From Chloroflexota bacterium (lineage in GTDB: Bacteria; Chloroflexota; Dehalococcoidia; JACPPY01), in assembly GCA_016190755.1 (NCBI GenBank), contig JACPPY010000047.1, forward strand, positions 13,752-77,751: DNA of 64,000 bases, given 5' to 3'. A model generated the notes under the pieces. It searched no databases, was not told the origin of the DNA, and worked only from the letters and a program-made list of their open reading frames with translations. Shown here in pieces: positions 18,346 to 28,321 of the stretch (positions are counted from its first letter, which is position 1; each line of letters opens with the position of its first letter). The translations under genes were made by a program, and so were the position numbers.

Positions 18346-20022
18346 TCATGCCTTGGAGGAATCCTGATGCCCCTCGGATGAATAGCCGTATTCCCTTTTT
18401 GCCTGTTCCGGACTGACGAAACCGTTGAGAACATCCTCCTGGACTTTGCTGCGTTCACGAAGCTCCGGTTTTCCGTAACCTCCGCCGCCGGGTAAAATGA
18501 GGGTTACGGTATCGCCTTTGTTCAACCGGATTTGTCCCTTGGGGAAAGCTATCGGTTCCCCGTTCTTGAATATAGCCCCACAGGTGCCGTCCTTGCCTCC
18601 CATATAGCCACGAGCCGGGTTTTTCAAACGCTCCGTGAGCAGGAAAATATCTGTAGGATAGGATGAAACGGACTCTACGGTAACACGCTGGGCCAGGCCT
18701 CCCCTGTACTGGCCCGGACCTCCGGAATCCATCAGGAACTCCTTCTCTGTTACACGCAGGCCCGTCGTTGTTTCCGTGCTTTCGACGAGGGTATTTCCCA
18801 CATTGCTGGGTATGCACAGGCATGAGATGCCGTCGCCCAAAGCGCTGGCCCCCTGCCCGCCGTTGGCCAGGAGACCAGTAGTAACGTATATCTCACCGTT
18901 TCCCCGCCGGCCCTGGACCATCATCCCCCAGAAGGGTGCGCTGCTCTCGGCATTCACTTTGTCCGGTATTACCTTTGCCAGAGCACCCAGGACCGCAGCA
19001 TGCACGAAATGACCGCTCAGGAAACGCGCCGAAACCGGCGCGGGATACCTGGGATTCAAAACGGACCCTTCCGGGACAATGACCTTGATAGGCCGGCATG
19101 AACCTTCGTTGTTTGGCACGAAGGGGCAGACCGCGCATTTTATGGCGTAAATGGTGAAAGCATAGGTATAGTTGTAGACCGAATTAATCCCATAGTCGAC
19201 CTGCGGGGACGTACCGCTGTAGTCCACCACCATCTCATCTCCATCGACCTTGATTGAGACCTCGATGTTCAGGGGTGTGTCCCAGCCATCAAAGGTAAGA
19301 CTCTGCGAGTAGACTCCGGCCGGAATCTTCGAGATGGCCTCCCTCATGGCGCGTTCCGAGACCTTCTGGACGGAGCGGGATATCATTTTCAAATCGGATA
19401 AGGAGTACTCTTGCATGAAGTCGCAGAGCCTGCTCTCACCGGTCTTGGCGGCGGTGACGGCAGCCTCGATATCACCCATTACCTCCATGGGAATCCTGAC
19501 GTTGGCCTTGATTATGTCCACGACCGCCTTTTCGATCTGGCCCTTGGAGTACAATTTGACGATGGGTATTTTCAAGCCTTCCTGGAAATGATCTGTGGTA
19601 TCTGCGGCAACACCACTCCTCCCACCGACGTCTGGCATATGGAACGTTAGGCCGCAAAAGCCTATGTGCTTCTTCCCAGAGAAAACCGGCAGCGCCATGG
19701 TCAGGTCCGGCAGGTGCCCGCTGGCGATCCATGGGTTATTAGTGATAATCACGTCCCCGGGCTTCAGTGTCCGCGAAGCGAATACCTTCAAAAACTCCCT
19801 GACCGTGTAAGACATCGTTCCGATGAATGCTGGAATTGCCTTGCTATTCTGAGCTATCAGGTCGCCGTTGGCATCCAGCAGAGCACAGCAGTAGTCGTTT
19901 GATTCCCTTACCACGCTTGAGAAGGCGGTCCTTTCAATGGTTGCCGCCATTTCATCGACGATACTGGTTAAACGGCTCCACCAGATGTTAAGCGTTATTC
20001 CATCCAGCGTTTCCACAATCAA
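18346..20022 (-). CDS. Hydantoinase B / 5-oxoprolinase family protein
   Basis: RTAFSSVVRESND, NNPW...HLPD, HMPDVGG, SGGPGQYRGG, PGGGGYG. Confidence 0.92.
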   Translation of the reverse strand: MIVETLDGITLNIWWSRLTSIVDEMAATIERTAFSSVVRESNDYCCALLDANGDLIAQNSKAIPAFIGTMSYTVREFLKVFASRTLKPGDVIITNNPWIASGHLPDLTMALPVFSGKKHIGFCGLTFHMPDVGGRSGVAADTTDHFQEGLKIPIVKLYSKGQIEKAVVDIIKANVRIPMEVMGDIEAAVTAAKTGESRLCDFMQEYSLSDLKMISRSVQKVSERAMREAISKIPAGVYSQSLTFDGWDTPLNIEVSIKVDGDEMVVDYSGTSPQVDYGINSVYNYTYAFTIYAIKCAVCPFVPNNEGSCRPIKVIVPEGSVLNPRYPAPVSARFLSGHFVHAAVLGALAKVIPDKVNAESSAPFWGMMVQGRRGNGEIYVTTGLLANGGQGASALGDGISCLCIPSNVGNTLVESTETTTGLRVTEKEFLMDSGGPGQYRGGLAQRVTVESVSSYPTDIFLLTERLKNPARGYMGGKDGTCGAIFKNGEPIAFPKGQIRLNKGDTVTLILPGGGGYGKPELRERSKVQEDVLNGFVSPEQAKREYGYSSEGHQDSSKA

Positions 20023-20055
20023 ATCCTCTTTCCATCTGGGCGAGATAAAGACTCC

Positions 20056-22161
20056 TTAGCCTAACTTCTGTTGCTCGGCTACTTCCACAAGAAGATTAAG
20101 ATAAGAGTCCGTGCATATCCGGTCTCCGGGGCCAACCACGGTGGTCGATTCACGTTGCTCGACAATAGCTGGCCCGTCTATTTTCAGGTCCGGAACAAGA
20201 GAATAATGGTCGTAAACGGGAGTCTGGAAAGACCTGCGACATGAAGGGAAATAGACTGGTCGATGTCCCTTGAGCGCTGCATCGCCGCATTGGCCGTTTG
20301 CGCCGCGTGGTCTAATTTTCAACAGCGAGCCCTTCCCTTCGGCGTTCAGGCGCCAGTTCACGAGTTCGATGGGCATTTCGGCCTTGAGATACCGCTTATA
20401 AAGCTCCTCGTAGCGCTTGAAAAAGGCCTGCTTAAGCTCATTAGCATCGCGGTTGGTCAATATAGCCTCAGGAATCGGCACGTTGATTTCGTACCCCTGG
20501 CCGCGGTAGCGCATATCGGCCGTCCGGCGGAACTTGATCTGCTTCCTGTTGATCCCGCTGCTGGAGAAGAGGCTCACAGCCTCCTCCACCATGTCCGCGT
20601 CCAACGCTTCCAGAGCTTTCCAATCAATGCCAGACAGATTGATGAGATGGCTGCGTACGAAGTCCATCGCGATCGGCGTCGCCATGAGGCCTATGGCTGA
20701 TAGGACTCCTGCCGACAGCGGGCATATGACCTTACGTATGCCGACCCTGCGCGCGACCTCGATGGCATGCACCGGCCCGGCCCCGCCGAAGGCAAACAGG
20801 CTGTACTGACGGTAGTCTTTACCCTCTTCCGCTAAGTGCACCCTGGCAGCGTTTGCCATGGTCTCATTAACTACCGTGTTGATGCCTGCGGCGGCCTCGA
20901 GCACCGAGATATTCATCTTACTGGCCAGCGAATCGCCGATAGCTTTTTCCGCGAGGTCCTGGCGGAGCCGCATATTCCCCTGAAGGAAGTTATCCGGATT
21001 GAGGTATCCCAGCACAAGGTCGGCATCGGTAACAGTGGGCTGTGTCCCACCCCGGTCATAACATGCAGGCCCGGGCTTTGAACCGGAGCTGATGGGCCCG
21101 ACTTTCAAAAGTCCCAGCTCGTCCACGGAAGCGATGCTGCCGCCTCCAGCGCCTATCTCCACCATGTTGATGACCTGAATCTTGAGCGGAAGCCCGCTGC
21201 CTTTTTCAAAACGGGCTATTCTTGCCACCTCGAAATCATTCACCAGGTGCGCCGCCTCAGCCGTGATCAAGGCAATCTTGGCGGTGGTGCCGCCCATATC
21301 GAAGGTGACGAGGTTTGGCGTGCCGATGAGTTTCCCGTAGAACATGCCAGCCATGGCTCCGGCAGCCGGACCCGATTCAACCAGCTTCACTGGGAATCTT
21401 TCCGCTACGTCACTGGTAACCACTCCTCCACCGGAGTGCATCAGGTACAGGCCGGAGGAGAGTTGCATTGCCTCAAGCTCCCGGCGCAAATCGGCGAAGT
21501 GGGCGTGAGCTACCGGTAAAAGGTACGCGTTGGCCACCACAGTAGAACAGCGGGTGTACTCACGCATCTCGGGAACGACTTCAGACGAAATACTGACCTC
21601 AACCCCGGGCATGAGTTTCTTCACCAGTTCGGCGGCTTTTTGCTCATGGGCGGGATTGCAGTAGGAGTGGAGGAAGCAGATGGCTATTGCCTCAACCTTC
21701 TCCTTCTTGAGGTCTTCGATTATTCCCGACAGGTCTCTCTCATCCAGAGCTTCGATGATATTGCCGTCTTTATCCATTCTCTCGGCAACCCCGCGCCGCA
21801 GGTAGCGCGGCACAAGTGGCTCCGGCATTTTCAACAAAAGGTCATAGATGTTGTAGCGCCACTCCCGGGCCATCTCGATAACATCGCGGAACCCTTTGGT
21901 TGTAACCAGAGCTGTCTTCTTGCCTTTTCTTTCGATGAGGCAATTGGTCAGCAGAGTGGTTGCCCCCCGGACGGGTTCCTGAACATCTCTGTTCGGGATA
22001 TTAGCTTTATCTATGGCGTCCTGGAGCCCGTCCCGAATGCCGTTTATAGGCTCATCGGGGTCCGTGGGGACCTTGGCAACGGTGATTTTCCCCGTGTTAT
22101 CATCAAACAGGACAACATCGGTGAATGTACCACCCACATCGAAACATAGGTGGTAGCTCAC
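20056..22161 (-). CDS. Hydantoinase A / oxoprolinase family ATP-dependent subunit
   Basis: DVGGTFTD, ESGPAAG, DMGGTT, GAGGGS, FGGAGP. Confidence 0.93.
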   Translation of the reverse strand: MSYHLCFDVGGTFTDVVLFDDNTGKITVAKVPTDPDEPINGIRDGLQDAIDKANIPNRDVQEPVRGATTLLTNCLIERKGKKTALVTTKGFRDVIEMAREWRYNIYDLLLKMPEPLVPRYLRRGVAERMDKDGNIIEALDERDLSGIIEDLKKEKVEAIAICFLHSYCNPAHEQKAAELVKKLMPGVEVSISSEVVPEMREYTRCSTVVANAYLLPVAHAHFADLRRELEAMQLSSGLYLMHSGGGVVTSDVAERFPVKLVESGPAAGAMAGMFYGKLIGTPNLVTFDMGGTTAKIALITAEAAHLVNDFEVARIARFEKGSGLPLKIQVINMVEIGAGGGSIASVDELGLLKVGPISSGSKPGPACYDRGGTQPTVTDADLVLGYLNPDNFLQGNMRLRQDLAEKAIGDSLASKMNISVLEAAAGINTVVNETMANAARVHLAEEGKDYRQYSLFAFGGAGPVHAIEVARRVGIRKVICPLSAGVLSAIGLMATPIAMDFVRSHLINLSGIDWKALEALDADMVEEAVSLFSSSGINRKQIKFRRTADMRYRGQGYEINVPIPEAILTNRDANELKQAFFKRYEELYKRYLKAEMPIELVNWRLNAEGKGSLLKIRPRGANGQCGDAALKGHRPVYFPSCRRSFQTPVYDHYSLVPDLKIDGPAIVEQRESTTVVGPGDRICTDSYLNLLVEVAEQQKLG

Positions 22162-22277
22162 TGGCTTTCACCACCAGCCCGCGCTCGCAGCGAAAAACTC
22201 CTCATTTCAAACCTCGACTAAATTACAAAAACAGGCTACTGAGGCAGCAGAGAACCGATCGGCAGCACTTGGTCCTG

Positions 22278-23009
22278 CTAAGGCACAGCCTTCGTATTAG
22301 GATAGTCAGGATCGTGCAATGGGACGACAATGTCGGCGATCTTCTTTATTCGGACCAAGCTGTCATAGGCATCGAGAGGATTAACATGCGTGCTGGGAGG
22401 ATTGACTGTCATACCGCTGAACGACGGCAGAGACGGTTCAAAGTTCTCTCTGATGCTGCACAAACCCGAGATAACCGCCAGCCCCTTCTTTGTCTTAACA
22501 CCTACAGATTGACCGCCCGGAGAATGGCCGGGGGTCTTAAATACGGATATTTCATCGTTGATAATTTTGTCCCCGTCTATGACGTCAAAGTCTAGTCCTT
22601 TGAAGAACTCTGCAACGTAGGTTGTATGAAACAAGGGGTGCGGATGGAGCGCGAGAGGAAACTCGTCTTTCTGCACAATGAACTTCGCTTTCGGGAATTT
22701 CGAAGCCAGCGCCACATGGTCGTGATGAAGGTGAGTCAAGATAATGATCTCGATGTCCCCGGGACGAAGCCCAAGCTTTTTCAGACCGGCATCAAGGGTC
22801 TGAAACTCTTCGCCTTTTGCCCCTCTTTCTTTCACAAAAAAATCGAAACTGCCGCCAGCATCTACCAGCGTTCTTCTGGCCGTACCTTCGATAAACCAGA
22901 CATAGTTCGTAAGAGAAATTAACCCTTCAGCCCTGTACTTGTGGAGAACTTCGGATTTTATGCCTTCGGTGCGGAACAGAGGGATGGGATGTATAACGCA
23001 ATTCTCCAT
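22278..23009 (-). CDS. Metallo-beta-lactamase fold hydrolase, N-acyl homoserine lactonase-like
   Basis: THLHHDH, TPGHSPG, PLHD; ATG 23009 follows GAGG. Confidence 0.88.
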   Translation of the reverse strand: MENCVIHPIPLFRTEGIKSEVLHKYRAEGLISLTNYVWFIEGTARRTLVDAGGSFDFFVKERGAKGEEFQTLDAGLKKLGLRPGDIEIIILTHLHHDHVALASKFPKAKFIVQKDEFPLALHPHPLFHTTYVAEFFKGLDFDVIDGDKIINDEISVFKTPGHSPGGQSVGVKTKKGLAVISGLCSIRENFEPSLPSFSGMTVNPPSTHVNPLDAYDSLVRIKKIADIVVPLHDPDYPNTKAVP

Positions 23010-23130
23010 GATCGGCCTCAACTTGAATGACAGTATCGTAGCTGCTTACTGGGGATTATTTTATCACAACGGTCAATGAATACCATTCGGGCGGTACTCA
23101 TCATTTTGGCCATGGCTGTAAACGAGGCCC

Positions 23131-23355
23131 TTAGCCCTGCTCAGGCATCCTGGCGTCTCGCTCCAGCACTTCAGCCAGAGCCTTATAGCCCTCGCCACCG
23201 AAGGACTTGAACTGCATGGCAAGCAGTTCCGAATACTTCAGGCCTTTGGAGTTGATCCAGTCACGGTGCGACTTGTCCCCTCTGCCGATCATATGGCGCG
23301 CAAGGTCCAGAGACGTAGCCGAAATCTTCTTGCAGGTGGGACATTGATAGCTCAT
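23131..23355 (-). CDS. Small C2H2-type zinc finger hypothetical protein
   Basis: CPTC...LARH...H; strong AAGGAGGT RBS; directly follows the Mo-enzyme large subunit. Confidence 0.75.
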   Translation of the reverse strand: MSYQCPTCKKISATSLDLARHMIGRGDKSHRDWINSKGLKYSELLAMQFKSFGGEGYKALAEVLERDARMPEQG

Positions 23356-23378
23356 GGTGAACCTCCTTGGTGGTCAGG

Positions 23379-25661
23379 CTACGCTTCGGAAGGCTTTTTG
23401 TGCTTCTTCTCGTGCAGGGCCTTAAGGACCTTCTCCGGGGTTATGGGCAGGTCTGTTATCCGCACCCCCACGGCGTTATACACCGCATTGGCTATGGCAC
23501 CGGCAGTGGGGTTGGTGAGCCCCTCGCCAGCTTCTTTGGCTCCAAAGGGCCCCTCCGGCTCGTAGGTCTCGACCTCGACGATCTCCGTCTCAGGTATGTC
23601 CGGAGCCAGAAGTAACTTGTAGTCCCTGAAGCAGCCATTCTGTATCTTGCCGTCGTGAATAGGCAACTCCTCGCTCAGGCCGTAGCCCGCCGCCATCGCC
23701 AGTGCTCCTTCGAGCTGGCCTTCGATGCCTATGGGGTTGATCACCGTCCCGCTCTCGTGGGCCGTGGTCGCCTTTACCAAGGATACTTGTCCGGTCTCGG
23801 TGTCCACTTCCACTTCCACCGCCTGGACGCCAAAGCTGAAGGCTGGGGAGACCATGCCTTTGCGGTGGGGGCTGTAGTGGCCACGTCCGATTATAGCTTC
23901 ACCGTCTTTACCTCGTATGGCGGCTTTCACTGCATCGAAGTAAGACATTCCTTTCTCCGGGCGGTCTACCAGGTGAACCCACCGATCTTTAATATCCAGG
24001 TCATAGACGATATTGGGCTTCAGGGCGGCGGCGGCAAACTCCAATAACTGTCGCTTGGCATCGGCGGCTGCCATCTTGACGGCACTGCCGTTCATCAGGG
24101 TTTCACGGCTGCCCCAGGAGCCGAGGTCAGGAGGGCAAATACTGGTGTCTCCCACGTGCAGCCTGATATCCTCCAGCCGCACCCCCAACTCCTCGGCGCA
24201 GATCATGCTCAGCGTGGTGTTGGCGCCCTGACCGGTATCAGCGGCACCGGTGAACAGGTCAACCTTGCCGTCGATGTTGACCCTGACCATAGCCGCCGAG
24301 AAGGCGTAGGGCGTGTCAAACCAGTTGAAAATACCGCCGGAAATGAACCCATAGGCAGCGACGCCGATGCCGCGGTTCGCCGGTAGTTTACCTCGCCGCT
24401 TGATACGTTCCTCGATCTGGTCCAGACACTCGTGCAGTCCACAACTCCCGATGAAGGCCTCTCCCGGAACTTCATAGCCGGGCGCCATACCATTCTTGCG
24501 CCTTATCTCCATTGGGTCTATCCCCAGGTCTTCCGCCATCATGTCGATCTGGGATTCCCCGACGAAAGTCGCCTGCGGCGCACCGAAACCGCGCATGGCC
24601 GATGTCGGGGCAGTGTTGGTATAAACACGATAGCCGTCGTACCTGTAGTTGGGATACTTGTACGGGAAGGAGGAGAAGAAACCGGTAAGATAAAGCGCCG
24701 TAGCACCCATGCCGGTATAGGCGCCGCCCTCGGTAATAGCCCTGACCTCCTTCGCCAGGAGGGTGCCGTCCTTTTTCGCCCCCAGCTTCACGGCGTAGTA
24801 CATCGGAGTCCGCCGCTTGGTGGCCGTAAACTCCTCTTCTCGCGTGAGCACGATCTTTACCGGCCGGCAGAGCTTCATTGACAGGAGAGAGGCGCAAAAC
24901 TGGGCCGAGTCCAGCTCGAACTTGCTGCCGAAACCGCCTCCCGTAGGCGGCTTGATCACCCTGACATCGCCTTCCCTCAAGCCGAGCATCTCAGCCAGCA
25001 GCACCTGGATGTAATACGGGGACTGGCTCCCGGTGTGCACGGTGAGCTTGCCGTCGTAGCCAAAGCTGGCGATGGCGCCGTGCGTCTCCATGCAGGCATG
25101 GGCCTGGGAGGAGCACCTGAACATGTCTTCCCGAATGTGGTCGCAACGCCGGAAGGCCTCATCGACATCACCCCACTCGATATGGCGGGTATTGTTGATG
25201 TTGAGTTCCACCCCGTAATGCACCAGCGGCGCCCCCTCCTTGATAGCCTCCAACGGGTCAAACACCGCCGGCAACACTTCGTATTCGACCTTGATCAGGG
25301 AGAGCGCCTCCATGGCTGTGTCTTCATCAATAGCAGCTACGGCAGCAACCGGGTCCCCTACGTAGCGCACCTTGTCGCGGCACAGGATCTCTTCATCGCA
25401 GAGGTCCGGAAAACGCCGCCACACACCCTGTTTCTTGCCGATGGTGTCCTTGCCGGTGACTACTTTCTTGACGCCGGCCAGCCTCTCCGCCTGGCTGGTA
25501 TCCACATTTAGTATCCTGGCGTGAGGGTGTGGGCTTCTCAGTATCTTGCCGTAGAGCATGTTCGGAAAGCTGATGTCGGTAGTGTACTTGGCACTGCCGG
25601 TCAGCTTCTCGGTGGCATCTATGGACTGTAGACGTGTCCCGATAACTGAGTACTTGCTCAT
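23379..25661 (-). CDS. Xanthine dehydrogenase family molybdopterin-binding large subunit (4-hydroxybenzoyl-CoA reductase alpha-like)
   Basis: LRSPHPHA, GGGFG, AMRGFGAPQ, GQLEG, GPFGAKEAGE. Confidence 0.92.
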   Translation of the reverse strand: MSKYSVIGTRLQSIDATEKLTGSAKYTTDISFPNMLYGKILRSPHPHARILNVDTSQAERLAGVKKVVTGKDTIGKKQGVWRRFPDLCDEEILCRDKVRYVGDPVAAVAAIDEDTAMEALSLIKVEYEVLPAVFDPLEAIKEGAPLVHYGVELNINNTRHIEWGDVDEAFRRCDHIREDMFRCSSQAHACMETHGAIASFGYDGKLTVHTGSQSPYYIQVLLAEMLGLREGDVRVIKPPTGGGFGSKFELDSAQFCASLLSMKLCRPVKIVLTREEEFTATKRRTPMYYAVKLGAKKDGTLLAKEVRAITEGGAYTGMGATALYLTGFFSSFPYKYPNYRYDGYRVYTNTAPTSAMRGFGAPQATFVGESQIDMMAEDLGIDPMEIRRKNGMAPGYEVPGEAFIGSCGLHECLDQIEERIKRRGKLPANRGIGVAAYGFISGGIFNWFDTPYAFSAAMVRVNIDGKVDLFTGAADTGQGANTTLSMICAEELGVRLEDIRLHVGDTSICPPDLGSWGSRETLMNGSAVKMAAADAKRQLLEFAAAALKPNIVYDLDIKDRWVHLVDRPEKGMSYFDAVKAAIRGKDGEAIIGRGHYSPHRKGMVSPAFSFGVQAVEVEVDTETGQVSLVKATTAHESGTVINPIGIEGQLEGALAMAAGYGLSEELPIHDGKIQNGCFRDYKLLLAPDIPETEIVEVETYEPEGPFGAKEAGEGLTNPTAGAIANAVYNAVGVRITDLPITPEKVLKALHEKKHKKPSEA

Positions 25662-25682
25662 GGCTGTCCTTCCCTGTGCGAT

Positions 25683-26164
25683 CTATTCTCGGGTGGCTCT
25701 CATCATAGCGGAGGCCTCTTTGATAGCCGCGATTATCTTGGTATAACCGGTGCAGCGGCATACGTTGCCCGCTATCGCCTGCCTTATCTCCCTGTCAGTG
25801 GGATTGGGGTTCTCGTCCAGCAGCGCCTTGGCGGATATCACCATGCCGGGAGTGCAGTAGCCGCATTGCAGAGCACCGGTTTTCAGGAAGGCCTCCTGTA
25901 TCGGATGGAGCTGCGAGTCCTTTGCCATGCCCTCGACGGTCAGCACCTCTGAGCCGTCAGCCTCCACCGCCAGAACTAGGCAGGAGAGTTGACTGACCTG
26001 CCGTCCAACATGACCGTGCACGCACCGCAATCCCCGGCATTGCAGCCTTTCTTGGTGCCAGTAAGGTGAAGCCGGTTGCGCAAAGTATCCAACAGCGACT
26101 CGCCCGGCTCTACCCCGAGTTGATGAGAGTCGCCGTTGACTCTCAAAGTGACTATTCGTTGCAT
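25683..26164 (-). pseudogene. XDH-family [2Fe-2S] small subunit split by a frameshift near 25988
   Basis: N-half ([16 protein letters not shown]...VNS) and C-half (CLVLA...QCGYCTPG...GNVCRCTGY) are in different frames; AACTCTCCTGC has an extra TC relative to AAC TCC TGC. Confidence 0.85.
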
Positions 26165-26167
26165 GCT

Positions 26168-27046
26168 CTACCCCCTGGGCACCTTTATTTGCTCTAGTGA
26201 TAGATTAATGGCACGCCTGACCAGAACCTCAACCATCTCTCTGCGGTACCACTCGGAACCCCGGACGTCGGTTATCGGTCTGGCTTCGCTGGAGGCTGTC
26301 CTGGCAGCTTCCTCAACCACGGAACCCGTTAAGTTGGCTTTCAGTAAGGCAGCTTCCGCCTTCTTTGCTCTTATAGGGGTCGGGCCCACTGCCCCGAGCC
26401 CTATCCTGGCATCCAGGCACCTCGATACCGCCGCATTCGTTACCAGCCTGACGGCCACGCCGACAACAGCCAGGTCCATCGCCTTGCGGGGGCTCAGCTT
26501 CAGATAGACACACGCCGCGTGCTCTGGTAGGCAGTGTATCTGTATCTCGGTCAGTATCTCGTCGGCTCCCAGCGCCGTCTTCCCGGGCCCCAGGAAGAAC
26601 TCGTCTAGAGCTATGGTCCTCTCACCTGATTTGCCCACAACCCTGGCGGTAGCGCCCATGGCGATCAGGCAGGGAGGCATGTCCGCGGAGGGCGAGGCTC
26701 TACATATGTTGCCGCCGATGGTGGCCTTGTTTCGTACCTGGACTGACCCTAGCATGGCGGCTGCTTCACTCAGTATCCTGAACTCTTTCCGCACGATGAG
26801 GGAACGCTCAATGTCGCGTATCCGAGCTGTAGCGCCTACTTTCAGGCCCGATGCGTTGCGCTCAATGGCACCCAGACCGGGAATACGCTTTAAGTCGATG
26901 ACCTGCTGTGGATTAACCGCTCCCCGACGCATGTCGTTTATCAGTTCGGTGCCGCCGGCCAGGACCCTGGCTCTCGTGCCATACTTGTTCAGCAGGGCCA
27001 GAGCCTCATCCAGGCTGCCCGGAGCGGAATACACGAAGTCCTGCAT
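26168..27046 (-). CDS. XDH-family FAD-binding medium subunit
   Basis: AGGTE, RNKATIGGN, ASPSAD, DVRGS. Confidence 0.92.
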   Translation of the reverse strand: MQDFVYSAPGSLDEALALLNKYGTRARVLAGGTELINDMRRGAVNPQQVIDLKRIPGLGAIERNASGLKVGATARIRDIERSLIVRKEFRILSEAAAMLGSVQVRNKATIGGNICRASPSADMPPCLIAMGATARVVGKSGERTIALDEFFLGPGKTALGADEILTEIQIHCLPEHAACVYLKLSPRKAMDLAVVGVAVRLVTNAAVSRCLDARIGLGAVGPTPIRAKKAEAALLKANLTGSVVEEAARTASSEARPITDVRGSEWYRREMVEVLVRRAINLSLEQIKVPRG

Positions 27047-27430
27047 TACAGCTCTCCTTGATTGCGTGAAGGCGTTTGAGCTACGTGGAGGTGAAAACCA
27101 GAACGATACGAATATATCTTCGTCGCCTCAACTCGGCGTATTCTATCATCCTACCTCTCCTTCCAACAAAGCCAATGCTCCCTACTTCATTGAGGCCCGG
27201 GTACCGATATCCTTTGAGTACATGGTCGACGTTGGGGAGAAGCAGTCACTGGTCAAAAGGGGTGCCCATCGCGCGGGGTAAGGGAACCAACTTCGATGTC
27301 CTTCTGGAGCTTGACCTCGGCCATGTGGACCTGGTCAGCCGTAGTATCGAGACCTCGGTCAGGGTAAGAGTAGCCGAGAAGGCTCGTTAGACTTTCCCAG
27401 CTTCAGCATCCAGCATGAAGTTTATGACAG

Positions 27431-28321
27431 CTACTTTATCGTGGCCGTGGACTCTTTAGCCAGGAGCCGTCTCCATTCCCGGTCGGTGATGTGCTGGATT
27501 TTGTCTATCGATTTGGCATCCAGATGCGAGAACCGCCCCTGGAGTCTGAGGTATTCAGAGACCGGGATCTCATGCTGTGGACGCTGGACCTTGTAACGTA
27601 AGCCATTAACAATTTCGAACAGCGGGAATATCTTACTTTCGACAGCCATGCGCGACAGCTTTACCGACAGGTCCTGGGAGCAACGCCAGCCGATAGGACA
27701 GGGCGACAGAACGTGAAGAAATCGGGTTCCACGGATTTGCATGGCTCTCTTGACCTTATAGATTAGGTCCTCCGGATAACCGATGGATGCCGAAGCCGCA
27801 TAGGGTATACGGTGCGCGGCCATGATATCCATGATCCTCTTCTTGTTTTCACCCTTAGGATTTGCCACGGGAGTAGTCGCGGTCCAGGCTCCGAGAGGGG
27901 TGGCTGAGCTACGCTGGATGCCTGTCGTCATATAGGCTTCATTATCGTAGCACACGAAAATGAAATTCTCGTTTCGCTCAATAGCGGCGGAAAGGGCCTG
28001 GATACCGATATCAAAGGTGCCGCCATCTCCAGCCACTGCAAGCACAGTGGTCTTAGTATCTCCGAGCATATCCAGTCCCGCCCTGATCCCACTGGCCCAG
28101 GAGGCCACCGCAGCAAACGGGGCATGCACTGAGGGAACGGTATAGTTTTGGGCGAAACCTGAATTACAGGAGGGGCAGGTAGTCACGATGACATCCTTGC
28201 CCAGTACTTTGAGTATCAGGCGCATCGCCAGGACCCCGCCACAGCCCGGACAGGCCATGACGCCCGGGGAGATATGCTCCTCAGAGGCTATTTGAGTATT
28301 AAACTGCTTTAACTTTCTCAC
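27431..28321 (-). CDS. 2-oxoacid:ferredoxin oxidoreductase beta subunit (PorB-like)
   Basis: ACPGC, GDGGTFDIG, YDNEAYM, SPCP. Confidence 0.9.
   Translation of the reverse strand: MRKLKQFNTQIASEEHISPGVMACPGCGGVLAMRLILKVLGKDVIVTTCPSCNSGFAQNYTVPSVHAPFAAVASWASGIRAGLDMLGDTKTTVLAVAGDGGTFDIGIQALSAAIERNENFIFVCYDNEAYMTTGIQRSSATPLGAWTATTPVANPKGENKKRIMDIMAAHRIPYAASASIGYPEDLIYKVKRAMQIRGTRFLHVLSPCPIGWRCSQDLSVKLSRMAVESKIFPLFEIVNGLRYKVQRPQHEIPVSEYLRLQGRFSHLDAKSIDKIQHITDREWRRLLAKESTATIK

Noticed and set aside
25976..26030. Programmed ribosomal frameshift
   Set aside because: No slippery heptamer or clear stimulatory structure; mutation or error is simpler.
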